Shown here: positions 47,973 through 56,711 of the stretch, one piece after another
How the letters are laid out: every line of letters begins with the position of its first letter
Position numbering within the stretch: position 1 is the first letter of the stretch
NCBI GenBank assembly: GCA_036834365.1
Contig: DAITOA010000001.1
Coordinates: forward strand, 15,892-79,891
Origin: Thermodesulfobacteriota bacterium
Lineage (GTDB): Bacteria > Desulfobacterota > Desulfomonilia > UBA1062
DNA length: 64,000 nucleotides
Reading direction: 5' to 3'
Notes under the pieces: model-generated
What the model was told of the DNA's origin: nothing
Seen by the model: the letters and a program-made list of their open reading frames with translations, nothing else
The model's database searches: none
Made by a program: the position numbers and the translations under genes

Positions 47973-50456
47973 TCATGGGGGTGTCCTTCCCGGGCCTTCA
48001 TGAGGGGGATCCGGCGAGGTCCCGGAGGTCTGAATGACCGTCACTATCACCTGCCCGGTGGTGGCCCTGCCGCCGTTTCCCGTGGCTGTTATGGTATAGG
48101 TCGTGGTCTCCGACGGGCAGACCTCGATGGAACCGCTGGGTGCGACCGCCCCGATTTCATTGTCCAGGAACGCTCCGTCGGCATTTCTTGATGTCCATGA
48201 GAGCATGCATGGCCTCCCTGCCTCAACGGTATTCGGAAAGACGGCGATGATCACCTCCGGGGTCTCAGGCACGGTCACCGTGACGCTGGCGGTTGCGATG
48301 CCGCCTTCACCCTGGATCGTCAGGGTATAGGTGGTCGTCTCGCTCGGGGCGAGCACGATGGTGCCGTCCAGGTTCACCTCACCAATCCCGTTATCCAGAA
48401 ATGCCTTATATGCGTTTTGAGATGTCCAGCGCATGGTGGATGTCTGTCCCGGTTCCACCACGGACGGTTCCGCAAGGATGCATACCTCGGGTGGAGGGTG
48501 CACGATAATGGTTACCATGTCCGTTGTCGTTCCCGACGGCCCCTCGGCTGTCAGGGTATAGGTGGTGGTCGACTGCGGGGAGACCTCCAGGGAGCCGGAG
48601 GGATCCACCGGACCGATGTCCTGGTCGATCCAGAGATGCTGATCTCCAGAGGAGGTCCACCTGAGGACGGAGACCTGACCTCGGGCAATGGTCGAAGGGG
48701 ATGCCTCGATGTCGGCGAAGGTTCCGGGCAGGACTTCTATGGTTTCGGTCCTGGCCGATGATCCTCCCGGTCCACGGGCGGTGATGGTGTACCTCGTCGA
48801 TTTGTCCGGTGCGACCGTGATCGTCCCTTCCGGCATTACGTCACCGACGCCCTGATCGATGGTGACGGTCTCGGCACGGGAACTGGTCCATGCGATCGCC
48901 GCCGTTTCCCCCTGGCGGATGGCATGGGCAGTGACGGTGACATCAAGAACGGGAGGTTCGTGCACCATGGCCACGACCGTAGTGTCAGTGGTGCCGCACC
49001 TGCCTCTTGCCGTCAGGGTGACGGTCGTGGTCTTTTCGGGATAGATCATCAGCGTTCCCGATGTCCCCACCTCGCCGATGCCCTGATCCATGGTGAGGGT
49101 ATCCGCCTTCTCGGAGGTCCATACCAGCAGACAGGGTTCGCCCGGCTGAACCGCTGAGGGGTTTATGGACAGGTTGATCTCCGGTGCCAGGCATTCACCG
49201 ACAGCCACGGTGGTGGACACCGTGGATATCCCTCCGTTGCCGTCGATCACCGTGAGCACCACGGGGTACGTCCCCGACGCGGCATAGGTATGGATGGGAA
49301 GTGCACCGGTGCCCTGCTCGCCGTCCCCAAAGGCCCACACGTAGGAAAGGTGCGTGCTGTCCGGGTCATACGACCCGGACCCATTGAATGAGACCGGCTG
49401 GTTTACCTCTGCCGTGTAGGGACCGCCGGCATGGGCCTGGGGCAGCTTGTTCGGATCAACAGGATCCTCCACCTCCAGGATGAAGGTCTGGGTAGTTTCA
49501 TCTCCCTTGCCGTCCGTTACCCTGACCGTGATGTGATGGTCGCCGGCCATCTCGGGAAGCCATTCGATCAGACCTGTCCGCGGATCGATGGACATCTCCT
49601 CCTGGGGGTTGTCCAGGGAGTAGGTCAGTTCATCCTCCTGCGGATCGACTGCCAGGATGTCATAGGTGTACGGCAACCCGGCCTGTGCGGTGGCAACAGG
49701 CAGAGAGCAGATCACCGGCGGATCGTTCCACCGGGGAAGCATGCCGTATGGGTGAGCGGCCCTGATGGTGGAAAACGACCACTGCCCGTCTTGCAGGACG
49801 GCGACGGCATAGAGGTATACGGTGTCGTTCACGGCGCTGTCCGTGTAGGTCAGGGTGTCGGGGGGGAGCTGCGCTATTCTCCTCATTTCTTCAGGCTCGG
49901 CTGCCGGTGCTCGATAGATATCCAGGCGCTGGGCCTCTTCCGTGCGGGGCAGATCGAGGATGACCTTCCCCCTTTTCGCGTGGAGGCTGAAAGAGACGGT
50001 TGGCTCCACCCGGACATAACAGGTGAGGGGCGTTGGATGGCCCGTTCCGTCGATGGCCAATAGTGAAACCGCATGTGTTCCTTCGGGGATGACCGCATCC
50101 GGGTTAGGCCCCGATGCAGGAGTGAACGGCCCGTACCACTCATAGGCGACCGGATCCCCTTCGATGTCCTCGAAAAGGGTTGTATCCAGAGTCGTATCAC
50201 ATCCGATCGGGAGGTTCTTCGCCAGGACGAGGCAGTCCTCCTCATCCCGGGGAGAGGCCGATGCCATGGATCCCAGGGACAGAAAGGCGGTGCCCATCAT
50301 GATGAGCACATAACAGCACACGACCACACCGGTGAACGCCATGCCGAACAAGGCATAGAGCGGTAGCCGCGAATAATCTTTTCTTTCGAGAATATCCTCC
50401 TCCAATGCTCCCGGACAACGTGAGGGTGTGAAATCAACCCCACGAATCCGATGCAA
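47973..50456 (-). CDS. Large cell-surface protein: N-terminal signal/anchor, PKD domain, five tandem ~78-aa Ig-like repeats, Pro-rich C-terminus
   Basis: PKD signature YVWAFGDGEQGTGALPIHTYAASGTYPVVLTVIDGNGG. Repeats (aa ~418-815, nt ~48011-49205) share W-T-S...D-x-G-I-G-x-V...TTTYT(L/I)TA. Confidence 0.6.
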   Translation of the reverse strand: MHRIRGVDFTPSRCPGALEEDILERKDYSRLPLYALFGMAFTGVVVCCYVLIMMGTAFLSLGSMASASPRDEEDCLVLAKNLPIGCDTTLDTTLFEDIEGDPVAYEWYGPFTPASGPNPDAVIPEGTHAVSLLAIDGTGHPTPLTCYVRVEPTVSFSLHAKRGKVILDLPRTEEAQRLDIYRAPAAEPEEMRRIAQLPPDTLTYTDSAVNDTVYLYAVAVLQDGQWSFSTIRAAHPYGMLPRWNDPPVICSLPVATAQAGLPYTYDILAVDPQEDELTYSLDNPQEEMSIDPRTGLIEWLPEMAGDHHITVRVTDGKGDETTQTFILEVEDPVDPNKLPQAHAGGPYTAEVNQPVSFNGSGSYDPDSTHLSYVWAFGDGEQGTGALPIHTYAASGTYPVVLTVIDGNGGISTVSTTVAVGECLAPEINLSINPSAVQPGEPCLLVWTSEKADTLTMDQGIGEVGTSGTLMIYPEKTTTVTLTARGRCGTTDTTVVAMVHEPPVLDVTVTAHAIRQGETAAIAWTSSRAETVTIDQGVGDVMPEGTITVAPDKSTRYTITARGPGGSSARTETIEVLPGTFADIEASPSTIARGQVSVLRWTSSGDQHLWIDQDIGPVDPSGSLEVSPQSTTTYTLTAEGPSGTTTDMVTIIVHPPPEVCILAEPSVVEPGQTSTMRWTSQNAYKAFLDNGIGEVNLDGTIVLAPSETTTYTLTIQGEGGIATASVTVTVPETPEVIIAVFPNTVEAGRPCMLSWTSRNADGAFLDNEIGAVAPSGSIEVCPSETTTYTITATGNGGRATTGQVIVTVIQTSGTSPDPPHEGPGRTPP

Positions 50457-50961
50457 AAAACATACGAACAGACCGGATGCAGGATTTCAAAGGGTTACCA
50501 GAAGGCCCTGGGCGATGCTGCAATTTTGAGGGGAAATCTTTTTCTCGAACAGGGAAGCCCTATTCCATTCTGACCCGTTTCGACAGGGGCCGGCACCTTG
50601 TCTCACTGTCGAAAGAGTCCCCTGTTCGAGGATATCCCTTAACCGGTATGCAGGGTTATCCGGTAAGGAAAAGGGATGGGTGTAGGAGGGTGGGCATCTT
50701 ACATCCAGGACACGAAGATCAGGAGGGAAAAAACCAATATGCTGATGGTGAATACTGCTCTCATCTCTTTCTCCAGCGTGAGCTGCGTTTCAATCTGGCG
50801 CTCACATATACTACTGTTTTGAAGGTTGCAAGAAGATTTTTCGGCAGAATAACAGAGAAGATTAAGGACGAACAGCGAGGTTTCCGGAATGTATCAGAGG
50901 GAATTCAAGGCCTTTGATAGGACATCATTATTAATTAGAAATAACAGCTGGTTGCACATGG

Positions 50962-51423
50962 TCAGTCATTCTGTGACCAGTGCTGCAGTTCGATGATGTT
51001 GCCCTCTGGGTCCCTGGCATAGGCGAAGGTGATGGTCCCTGCCTCCGGGATTTCATGGGACACCACCCTGCCCAGAATCTTTCCCCCCTGTGCGAGCACC
51101 TCCTGTAATGACTCCCGCACATCGTCCACCACAAAGGCGAGGTGTCCCAGGCCGGGCCGGTTGATGGCAGGGGCAGGCCCGGGTTCCACCGTATTGTACT
51201 GGAAGATCTCCAGGGTCGGACCATCCTGGCCGTGACCGGGCATGCGCAGGTGCGCCCCGCATATCCTGGCGCCCTTGACGCCTGTGCCCTCTTCGATCCA
51301 GGTGCCCGACAGGTCCCTCTCCGGCGGTACGGGCGTGCAGCCGAAAACCCTCTCATAGAAGCCGGAAAGCAGCTTCCAGTCGCGTGCGACGATGTTCGTA
51401 TGTGCGTACCTGGCCTTCAGCAT
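50962..51423 (-). CDS. VOC/glyoxalase-family protein
   Basis: 153 aa, two beta-alpha-beta-beta-beta modules (HTNIVARDWKLLSGFY..., GLGHLAFVVDDVRESL...). Confidence 0.8.
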   Translation of the reverse strand: MLKARYAHTNIVARDWKLLSGFYERVFGCTPVPPERDLSGTWIEEGTGVKGARICGAHLRMPGHGQDGPTLEIFQYNTVEPGPAPAINRPGLGHLAFVVDDVRESLQEVLAQGGKILGRVVSHEIPEAGTITFAYARDPEGNIIELQHWSQND

Positions 51424-51430
51424 GCCGCGG

Positions 51431-51841
51431 TTATTTCCCGCCCTTGTTTTTCAAGAGAGTTCCCAGCTTCGCGAAGGGGTTGTGGGTCATGGTGTCGGTC
51501 CGTTCCTCGGGGAACTCTACGTAGTCTCCCGTTTCCTCGTCGTACCTGCCGTGCTCCGCGTCGTGGCAGTATATGCACAGGTGTTCCCAATTGCTCCCGT
51601 CCGGAGGGTTGTTGTCGTGGTTGTGGTCCTTGTGGTGCACGGTGAGCTCCTTGAGGTTCTTCAGGGTGAACTGCCTGCCGCACCGCGCGCACACCCAGGG
51701 ATGGATCCTGAGCGACTGCTCGCGGTAGCCCTTCATACGCTCTTCGTTGAGCTGCCTCGCCTTGGCAAGGAATTGATCCATTTCTTCCTTGCTGAGCTTT
51801 GCCGGACCTGCGTTCGGAGGTTTTGTTCCCTGGGAAGCCAT
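51431..51841 (-). CDS. yajD: YajD-family HNH nuclease-like protein
   Basis: 136 aa, CARCGRQ...HHKDHNHDNNPPDGSNWEHLCIYCH (HNH). Confidence 0.7.
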   Translation of the reverse strand: MASQGTKPPNAGPAKLSKEEMDQFLAKARQLNEERMKGYREQSLRIHPWVCARCGRQFTLKNLKELTVHHKDHNHDNNPPDGSNWEHLCIYCHDAEHGRYDEETGDYVEFPEERTDTMTHNPFAKLGTLLKNKGGK

Positions 51842-51851
51842 GGTTTTCCTT

Positions 51852-52166
51852 TCAGTGAGGGTCGATGCCGGGAGGCGTCGTGCCTTTGCCGAAGCTTCGT
51901 ATCAGTTCCAGTGCCTTTTCCCGGTCTTCGGGACGGACCACGTGCAGGGACGGGTTCACGAGGTCGTAGGCGGTTTCGTGGAGGCGCTGCATACCCATGC
52001 CCTTGATATACACCTCGATGCCGTTGTCCTCAAGGAGGCGCTTCATATGACGGATCTCTTCTTCGGAGGCCGATGTGAAGACGAGGTCGGACTTGGGGGC
52101 GAAGAAGAATACGTAGCAGAGGAAAAAGCAGAGAACCAGCATGAAGGCAAGAATACCGAGTTCCAT
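51852..52166 (-). CDS. Hypothetical small membrane-anchored protein (DUF2007-like)
   Basis: 104 aa with N-terminal TM helix. No clear motif. Confidence 0.35.
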   Translation of the reverse strand: MELGILAFMLVLCFFLCYVFFFAPKSDLVFTSASEEEIRHMKRLLEDNGIEVYIKGMGMQRLHETAYDLVNPSLHVVRPEDREKALELIRSFGKGTTPPGIDPH

Positions 52167-52311
52167 TCGGACAGCAGATTATCAGATAGGCCTGAGCTTG
52201 TCCATATGCCGGTGTGGTTCGGCTGCAGGTTTCGACGCGTGCACAGGGTGTCATTGGTATGTGCGGACAGGCGTCCGGGGAGGTTCTCGAGAAGTCTTGC
52301 CCGGGTCCGGC

Positions 52312-53616
52312 TTACTTCAGGCACTGGAACACATCCATGCACCACAGGCATGCGGCGCATGGCTCGGTGTTGATGTAGCAGTCCTGCTCGAAGGATTCGC
52401 CTTGTACATAATCGCACAGGGCAAAGCTGCAGTTGAAGCAGAAGGGGTAGTCGTATCTCAGGACATTCTTCCGGAACGTCGCGTAGGCGGGGTCGTTCCA
52501 GATTTGGAGCACCCCGCTGTCTTTGAGGTTCCCGAACCTTTTCGGTCCCACCGCTTTCTCCAGGCCGTTGACGTAACACCGGTACCGGTGCCACAGGAAA
52601 TAGCAGGGGTGCACCCAGCCGTCCACGGAAACGAAGGCGCAGCCCTCTTCCACGAACTCGCACCTGCGAGTGCTCCTGGGCATCACGCCTGGGAGCCTGA
52701 GGTCGATGCCCCACCTTCCTGCCGCGTCCCGGGCCTCTTCGAAGACGGACGCCGTCTTTTCCTGCAAGGAAAGGTCCATGGCGAAGAGCTTCTCGAGGTT
52801 GAGCGTCACTCCCCTGGCAAGGGCTTCGGCCACCATGGCGTCCACCAGGTTCCTGACTCTCTCGTCGCTGTCCGTGGTGAGATAGCGCGTATAGGCGTTG
52901 CGATAGCGCCCGAGGACCAGGTTTTCCCGTTGTGCCATGTTTGAGTATTTCCGGTAGACGTTCACCGATTCATCCAGGTTCGCGTCATACACGGCCTGTT
53001 CCGCGAGGTCCGGGTGGTAGGGGAAGAGCTGGGTCACCACGGCGAAGTCCGCGCCGTTTTGGCCTGCCCAGTGGATCGTCGAGGGCAGGTCCGCGAGGTT
53101 GTCCCGGCGGAGGACGAATTCGATGCCGATCTGAAGTGGGGCGTGGAGCCTGATCCGCGCGGTCCTCAGTGCCGAGAGCGCCCTTTGAACGCCTGCGAGC
53201 TCGCCGCCGGTGCGGATGAGGCGGAATCCTTCCGGGTCCACCGCGTCGATGGACAGGCAGATGCGGTCGAGCCCAGCCCCGATGAGCCGCTCCGCCCTTG
53301 CGGCATCGATCAGGTGGCCGTTGCTCTGGAACCCCACCCATCCGTGTGCGGGCATGCTCTTCCTGGCGGAGCCTATGAATTCCTCCAGCTGCGGATGCAT
53401 GAGCGGTTCGCCGATGCCGTTGAGCACGAGGGCTTCGATGGAGGGGAACGCCTCCCGCAGGGCGTCGTAGGTCCCCGTGGTCATGTCCGCCTCATGGAAG
53501 TCATGGCCGCAGACATTCTTCATGCACATGGCGCACTGCAGGTTGCAGCGGGTCGTGGTCTCCACGATGAGCTTGGATGGGTATGGCTTCAGGGCGACCG
53601 GATCCCCCGATGACAT
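52312..53616 (-). CDS. Radical SAM enzyme with C-terminal Cys-rich SPASM/twitch-like domain
   Basis: CNLQCAMC (CxxxCxxC) at N-terminus. C-terminal cysteines CEFVEEGC...CYFLWHRYRC...CFNCSFALC...CAACLWC. 434 aa. Confidence 0.8.
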   Translation of the reverse strand: MSSGDPVALKPYPSKLIVETTTRCNLQCAMCMKNVCGHDFHEADMTTGTYDALREAFPSIEALVLNGIGEPLMHPQLEEFIGSARKSMPAHGWVGFQSNGHLIDAARAERLIGAGLDRICLSIDAVDPEGFRLIRTGGELAGVQRALSALRTARIRLHAPLQIGIEFVLRRDNLADLPSTIHWAGQNGADFAVVTQLFPYHPDLAEQAVYDANLDESVNVYRKYSNMAQRENLVLGRYRNAYTRYLTTDSDERVRNLVDAMVAEALARGVTLNLEKLFAMDLSLQEKTASVFEEARDAAGRWGIDLRLPGVMPRSTRRCEFVEEGCAFVSVDGWVHPCYFLWHRYRCYVNGLEKAVGPKRFGNLKDSGVLQIWNDPAYATFRKNVLRYDYPFCFNCSFALCDYVQGESFEQDCYINTEPCAACLWCMDVFQCLK

Positions 53617-53622
53617 CGCTCG

Positions 53623-54447
53623 CTATTCCTTGATGGGGATGTCCGCAAACTCCATGTCCAGGAGATTCACGGACAGGAGCCTGCAGCGCAGCGGTGTGCC
53701 CTCGCCGAGCAGCACCTTGACCGTCTCTGCCGCCTCCATGCTCGCCACCAGCGGCGGGAGGAAGGAAGGGTTTCCCAGGGTCTCTTCGATGCCCGTCTCG
53801 GATGAGTAGCCGGAGAACATCTTCTGCAGGGTGCGGTCACCGGGGTACTGGGTGGTCAACTGTCCGTACCAGCCGGCGATGCTCCCGTGCACGAGGGGTA
53901 TGTCCAGAGCTTCACACACCTCCGCCAGGACCATGCGGGAGGGTATGCCGTCCAGGCCGTCCACCGCCACCTGGGCACCGTCCATGAGATCCGGGCCGTT
54001 CTCCCTGGAAAGGGCGCACTGGTGGGCTATCACCGTGACCGCGGGATTGATCGCCGCGACCCTGCGCTCAGCCGCGGCCACCTTCGGTTCGTGGATCGAC
54101 TCCAGGGTGGCCAGGAGCTGCCGGTTCAGGTTGTGCTCCTCGAAGGTGTCCGGGTCGATGAGCGTGAGGGTGCCGATGCCGGTCCGCGCGAGCTCCTCGA
54201 TGACGTACCCGCCGATGCCTCCGCAGCCGATGACCGCAACGTGGCTCTGCAGGAGCCTGAGCTGCTTCTCCGTGGTGATGGTCTGCCGGTTTCGCAGGTA
54301 GCGCTCCGGCATGAGACCGAGCTTCAGGATCTCCTCCTCCACCCGGGCGAAGGCGCAGCGGAACCGGTTCGCCGCCCCCTTCTGGATGGCCAGGGGAATG
54401 CAGTCCCCGCGGGAATGGGCACGGAGGAAGGATGCAAGGGTGTCCAT
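53623..54447 (-). CDS. ThiF/MoeB/HesA-family E1-like adenylyltransferase
   Basis: VAVIGCGGIGGYVIEELARTGIGTLTLIDPDTFEEHNLNRQ. Start set at MDTLASF (ATG 54447), 1 nt after the moaD stop. The ORF track has an S/P/T-rich 55-aa extension that overlaps moaD. Confidence 0.8.
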   Translation of the reverse strand: MDTLASFLRAHSRGDCIPLAIQKGAANRFRCAFARVEEEILKLGLMPERYLRNRQTITTEKQLRLLQSHVAVIGCGGIGGYVIEELARTGIGTLTLIDPDTFEEHNLNRQLLATLESIHEPKVAAAERRVAAINPAVTVIAHQCALSRENGPDLMDGAQVAVDGLDGIPSRMVLAEVCEALDIPLVHGSIAGWYGQLTTQYPGDRTLQKMFSGYSSETGIEETLGNPSFLPPLVASMEAAETVKVLLGEGTPLRCRLLSVNLLDMEFADIPIKE

Positions 54448-54448
54448 G

Positions 54449-54673
54449 TCAGCCGCCGCCCACAGGGGGGAAGAGGGCCAGGGTGTCCCCCTCGTGGAGC
54501 TCGGTGTCGAGCCCGCCGTGGCGGCTGTTGATGAAGATGATGGCCGCCTGCTTCTCGGGGATGGCGAGCCTTGTGACGATGTCGAGGACCTTCGTCGATC
54601 CGGGGCAGTCAAGGATCTCCCGGTCGAAGCGTCCCCGGCGCAGCGTGGCGAAGAGTTTTACCGTTATGTGCAT
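54449..54673 (-). CDS. MoaD/ThiS-family sulfur-carrier (ubiquitin-like) protein ending in Gly-Gly
   Basis: 74-aa reading MHITVKLFATLRR...LHEGDTLALFPPVGGG-stop, embedded at the end of a longer ORF-track entry (54449..55099). Confidence 0.7.
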   Translation of the reverse strand: MHITVKLFATLRRGRFDREILDCPGSTKVLDIVTRLAIPEKQAAIIFINSRHGGLDTELHEGDTLALFPPVGGG

Positions 54674-54735
54674 GGATGTCGTTGCGGCGATGGTCGGGAC
54701 GGGGGGCGTGTCCCGGCACGCCCCCCGTCGCATGC

Positions 54736-56472
54736 TCACCAGTTGAACACCGAATCGAGCTCCGCATCCTTGACCTGGAAGGTGATGTTGTGCGGGCCCA
54801 CCTTCTCGGTGGTGAAGAAACGCGGCAGGCGGTCCTGCTCCTTGGTGAACCCGGCCTTGGCGTTGAAGTCGCGCTCCATCTTGAGCACTTTCTTGCCCAG
54901 GGCCGTCACGTCGTCGCCCGTGAGGTTCCATCCGTAGAAGGCGTTGAGCAGGTTGATGAGCGCCTGATTGGTCTCGGGCTGGTCCAGGATGGCGAAGGCA
55001 ATGAACAGGCACATGCCGGTGGAGTCGATGGCGGCTGTGGCGATCTGGAGGTTGCGGGACAGCTCCACCTGACCTTCGGGCTTGAGGGGATCCACCCATC
55101 CGCCGTTCTTCAGGATATTGGTTGCGATGGCGTATCCTGCGGTATGGTCGGCTCCCATGGGACTGGTGGCGTACGTCACGCCGATGCCCTGGATGGCCCG
55201 GGGGTCATAGGCAGGCAATGCCTGGTTCTTGACCACGGGCACCTTTTCCACGCCGAAGACTTTCCCGGTCACCGCCGCGCCGCTCCCGAGGATCTTACCC
55301 AATGGGGTGCCCTTCCCCACCTCCTTGATGAGCCCGATGGCTGCAGCCGCATCGCCGAACTTGACGAGGCCGGCCTGCATGGCGACACCTATGGTCGCTC
55401 CCATCTCGATGGTGTCCAGGCCGATGTTGTCGTCCAGGAAGTCGATCTGCGCGATGGCGTCAGGGTCGTCGATGCCGCAGTCGCCGCCGTGGGCCCATAC
55501 GGTTTCGTACTCGGGCTGCTTCGATACGAAGTGTCCGTCCTTGTCGACATACGTGCCCGAGCACCGGATCACGCAGCCGCGGTGGCAGGGGTGGGTGGCG
55601 TTGCCGCCGCGCTTGGTCTCGATGTCGGCAAAGGTCTCGCCGCTGATCTTGGATGCGCCGGCGAACTGTCCATCCTTGAAGTTGTAGGAGGGATAACCGC
55701 CTGCCTCGTTGATGATGTTCGTGAGCACGTTGGTGCCGTAGGCCGGCAGGGCCTGGCCTGTTACCGCGTGGGTGGTGAGCCCTTCCACGAACTTCTTGTT
55801 GGCCGCCCTGAACTTCTCCGCGTCCTTGGGTTCGCGGTTCTTCAGCCCGGTATCGTCGAGCACGATGACCTTGACCCCCTTGGAGCCCATGACCGCCCCT
55901 ACCCCGCCGCGTCCCGCATGGCGGGTCGGCCGACCCTCGATGTCCGTGATGGCCACTGACGCGGCGCCGAGCTTCATCTCGCCCGCCGGGCCGATGGAGA
56001 TGCAGGTGATCTTGTCACCGTAGACGCCCTTCATTTTGTCCACGAGGTCGTAGTTGGGCAACATCTTCAGGCTGTTGTCCTTCTCGACCTTGACCCCGTC
56101 CCTGTTGATGAAGACCTTGTAGAGGTCGTCCCCTTCGGGCTTGCCCTCAAGGATGACGGCGGCATAGCCGAGGCGCGCCAGGACCTGTGCCCCCTGCCCC
56201 CCCGAGTTGGCCTCCTTGATCCCTCCGGTGAGCGGGCTCTTGCACCCTACGGAGATGCGGCCCGACATCGATGCGCTCGATCCGCTGAGCAGGCCGGGCG
56301 CTATGACGAGCTTGTTCTCCGCACCCAGGGGATGGCACAGCGGCGGAACCTCCTTGAAGACCACGGATGAGGTCATGGCCCTTCCTCCGAGGCCGGCATA
56401 CTCGCCGAGCCCTTCCACCTTGACCTGTGGACCGCCTTTTGCGCCCATGTCTATCCTGAGTATCTTGTCCAT
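54736..56472 (-). CDS. aor: Tungsten-containing aldehyde:ferredoxin oxidoreductase (AOR family)
   Basis: MDKILRIDMGAKGGPQVKVEGLGEYAGLGGRAMTS... AOR N-terminal and C-terminal domains throughout. aggagggg RBS. About 578 aa. Confidence 0.9.
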   Translation of the reverse strand: MDKILRIDMGAKGGPQVKVEGLGEYAGLGGRAMTSSVVFKEVPPLCHPLGAENKLVIAPGLLSGSSASMSGRISVGCKSPLTGGIKEANSGGQGAQVLARLGYAAVILEGKPEGDDLYKVFINRDGVKVEKDNSLKMLPNYDLVDKMKGVYGDKITCISIGPAGEMKLGAASVAITDIEGRPTRHAGRGGVGAVMGSKGVKVIVLDDTGLKNREPKDAEKFRAANKKFVEGLTTHAVTGQALPAYGTNVLTNIINEAGGYPSYNFKDGQFAGASKISGETFADIETKRGGNATHPCHRGCVIRCSGTYVDKDGHFVSKQPEYETVWAHGGDCGIDDPDAIAQIDFLDDNIGLDTIEMGATIGVAMQAGLVKFGDAAAAIGLIKEVGKGTPLGKILGSGAAVTGKVFGVEKVPVVKNQALPAYDPRAIQGIGVTYATSPMGADHTAGYAIATNILKNGGWVDPLKPEGQVELSRNLQIATAAIDSTGMCLFIAFAILDQPETNQALINLLNAFYGWNLTGDDVTALGKKVLKMERDFNAKAGFTKEQDRLPRFFTTEKVGPHNITFQVKDAELDSVFNW

Positions 56473-56711
56473 GCACCCCTCCTTAATTATAGTTCCTGAC
56501 AGCATAAATAATAAGGGGAAGGCACGCGAAGTCAATGGGTGCCATGGGACATAACTATCGGGAAATATTAATAATATGCTCAGCAGTGCCGAATAAAAAC
56601 AAGCATACTTTCAGACAGTTGAACGAGGTCCCGATGCGGGACATTCAGGGGAGTACCTACGCCCCGGAATGACGGCATAATCGTACTGCCTGCCCTTCAC
56701 CGGGGAGGGGA

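Noticed and set aside
50560-50650. Possible riboswitch (c-di-GMP-I-like GAAA hairpin) in the leader upstream of the surface protein
   Set aside because: Only a generic hairpin could be seen. I could not match the conserved positions of any riboswitch class by eye. Kept only as a structured-leader note.
50477-50917. 146-aa plus-strand ORF in the leader of the surface-protein gene
   Set aside because: No RBS. The translation is Arg/Gly-rich and low-complexity. The region is more plausibly a non-coding 5' leader or promoter.
52043-53613. Numerous long GC-rich ORFs (for example 52043..52714, 52141..52944, 52985..53341, 53014..53613, 53887..54531, 54676..55959)
   Set aside because: All are antisense or overlapping to well-supported rSAM, ThiF and AOR genes. 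Their Arg/Pro/Gly-rich translations are typical of spurious frames.
54448-54612. S/P/T-rich 55-aa N-terminal extension of the ThiF-like ORF and the 216-aa ORF 54449..55099
   Set aside because: The ThiF extension overlaps the MoaD-like gene in another frame. Its composition looks like read-through of GC-rich DNA. A proper ATG at 54447 sits 1 nt after the moaD stop. Likewise only the last 74 aa of ORF 54449..55099 look like a real (MoaD) protein. Its upstream part is antisense to aor.
56540-56570. Sigma-54-like TGGCAC-N5-TTGC element upstream of aor (minus-strand tggcacccattgact)
   Set aside because: The -12 element is TTGAC rather than TTGC, and there is no nearby enhancer-binding-protein gene. 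Too weak to call.
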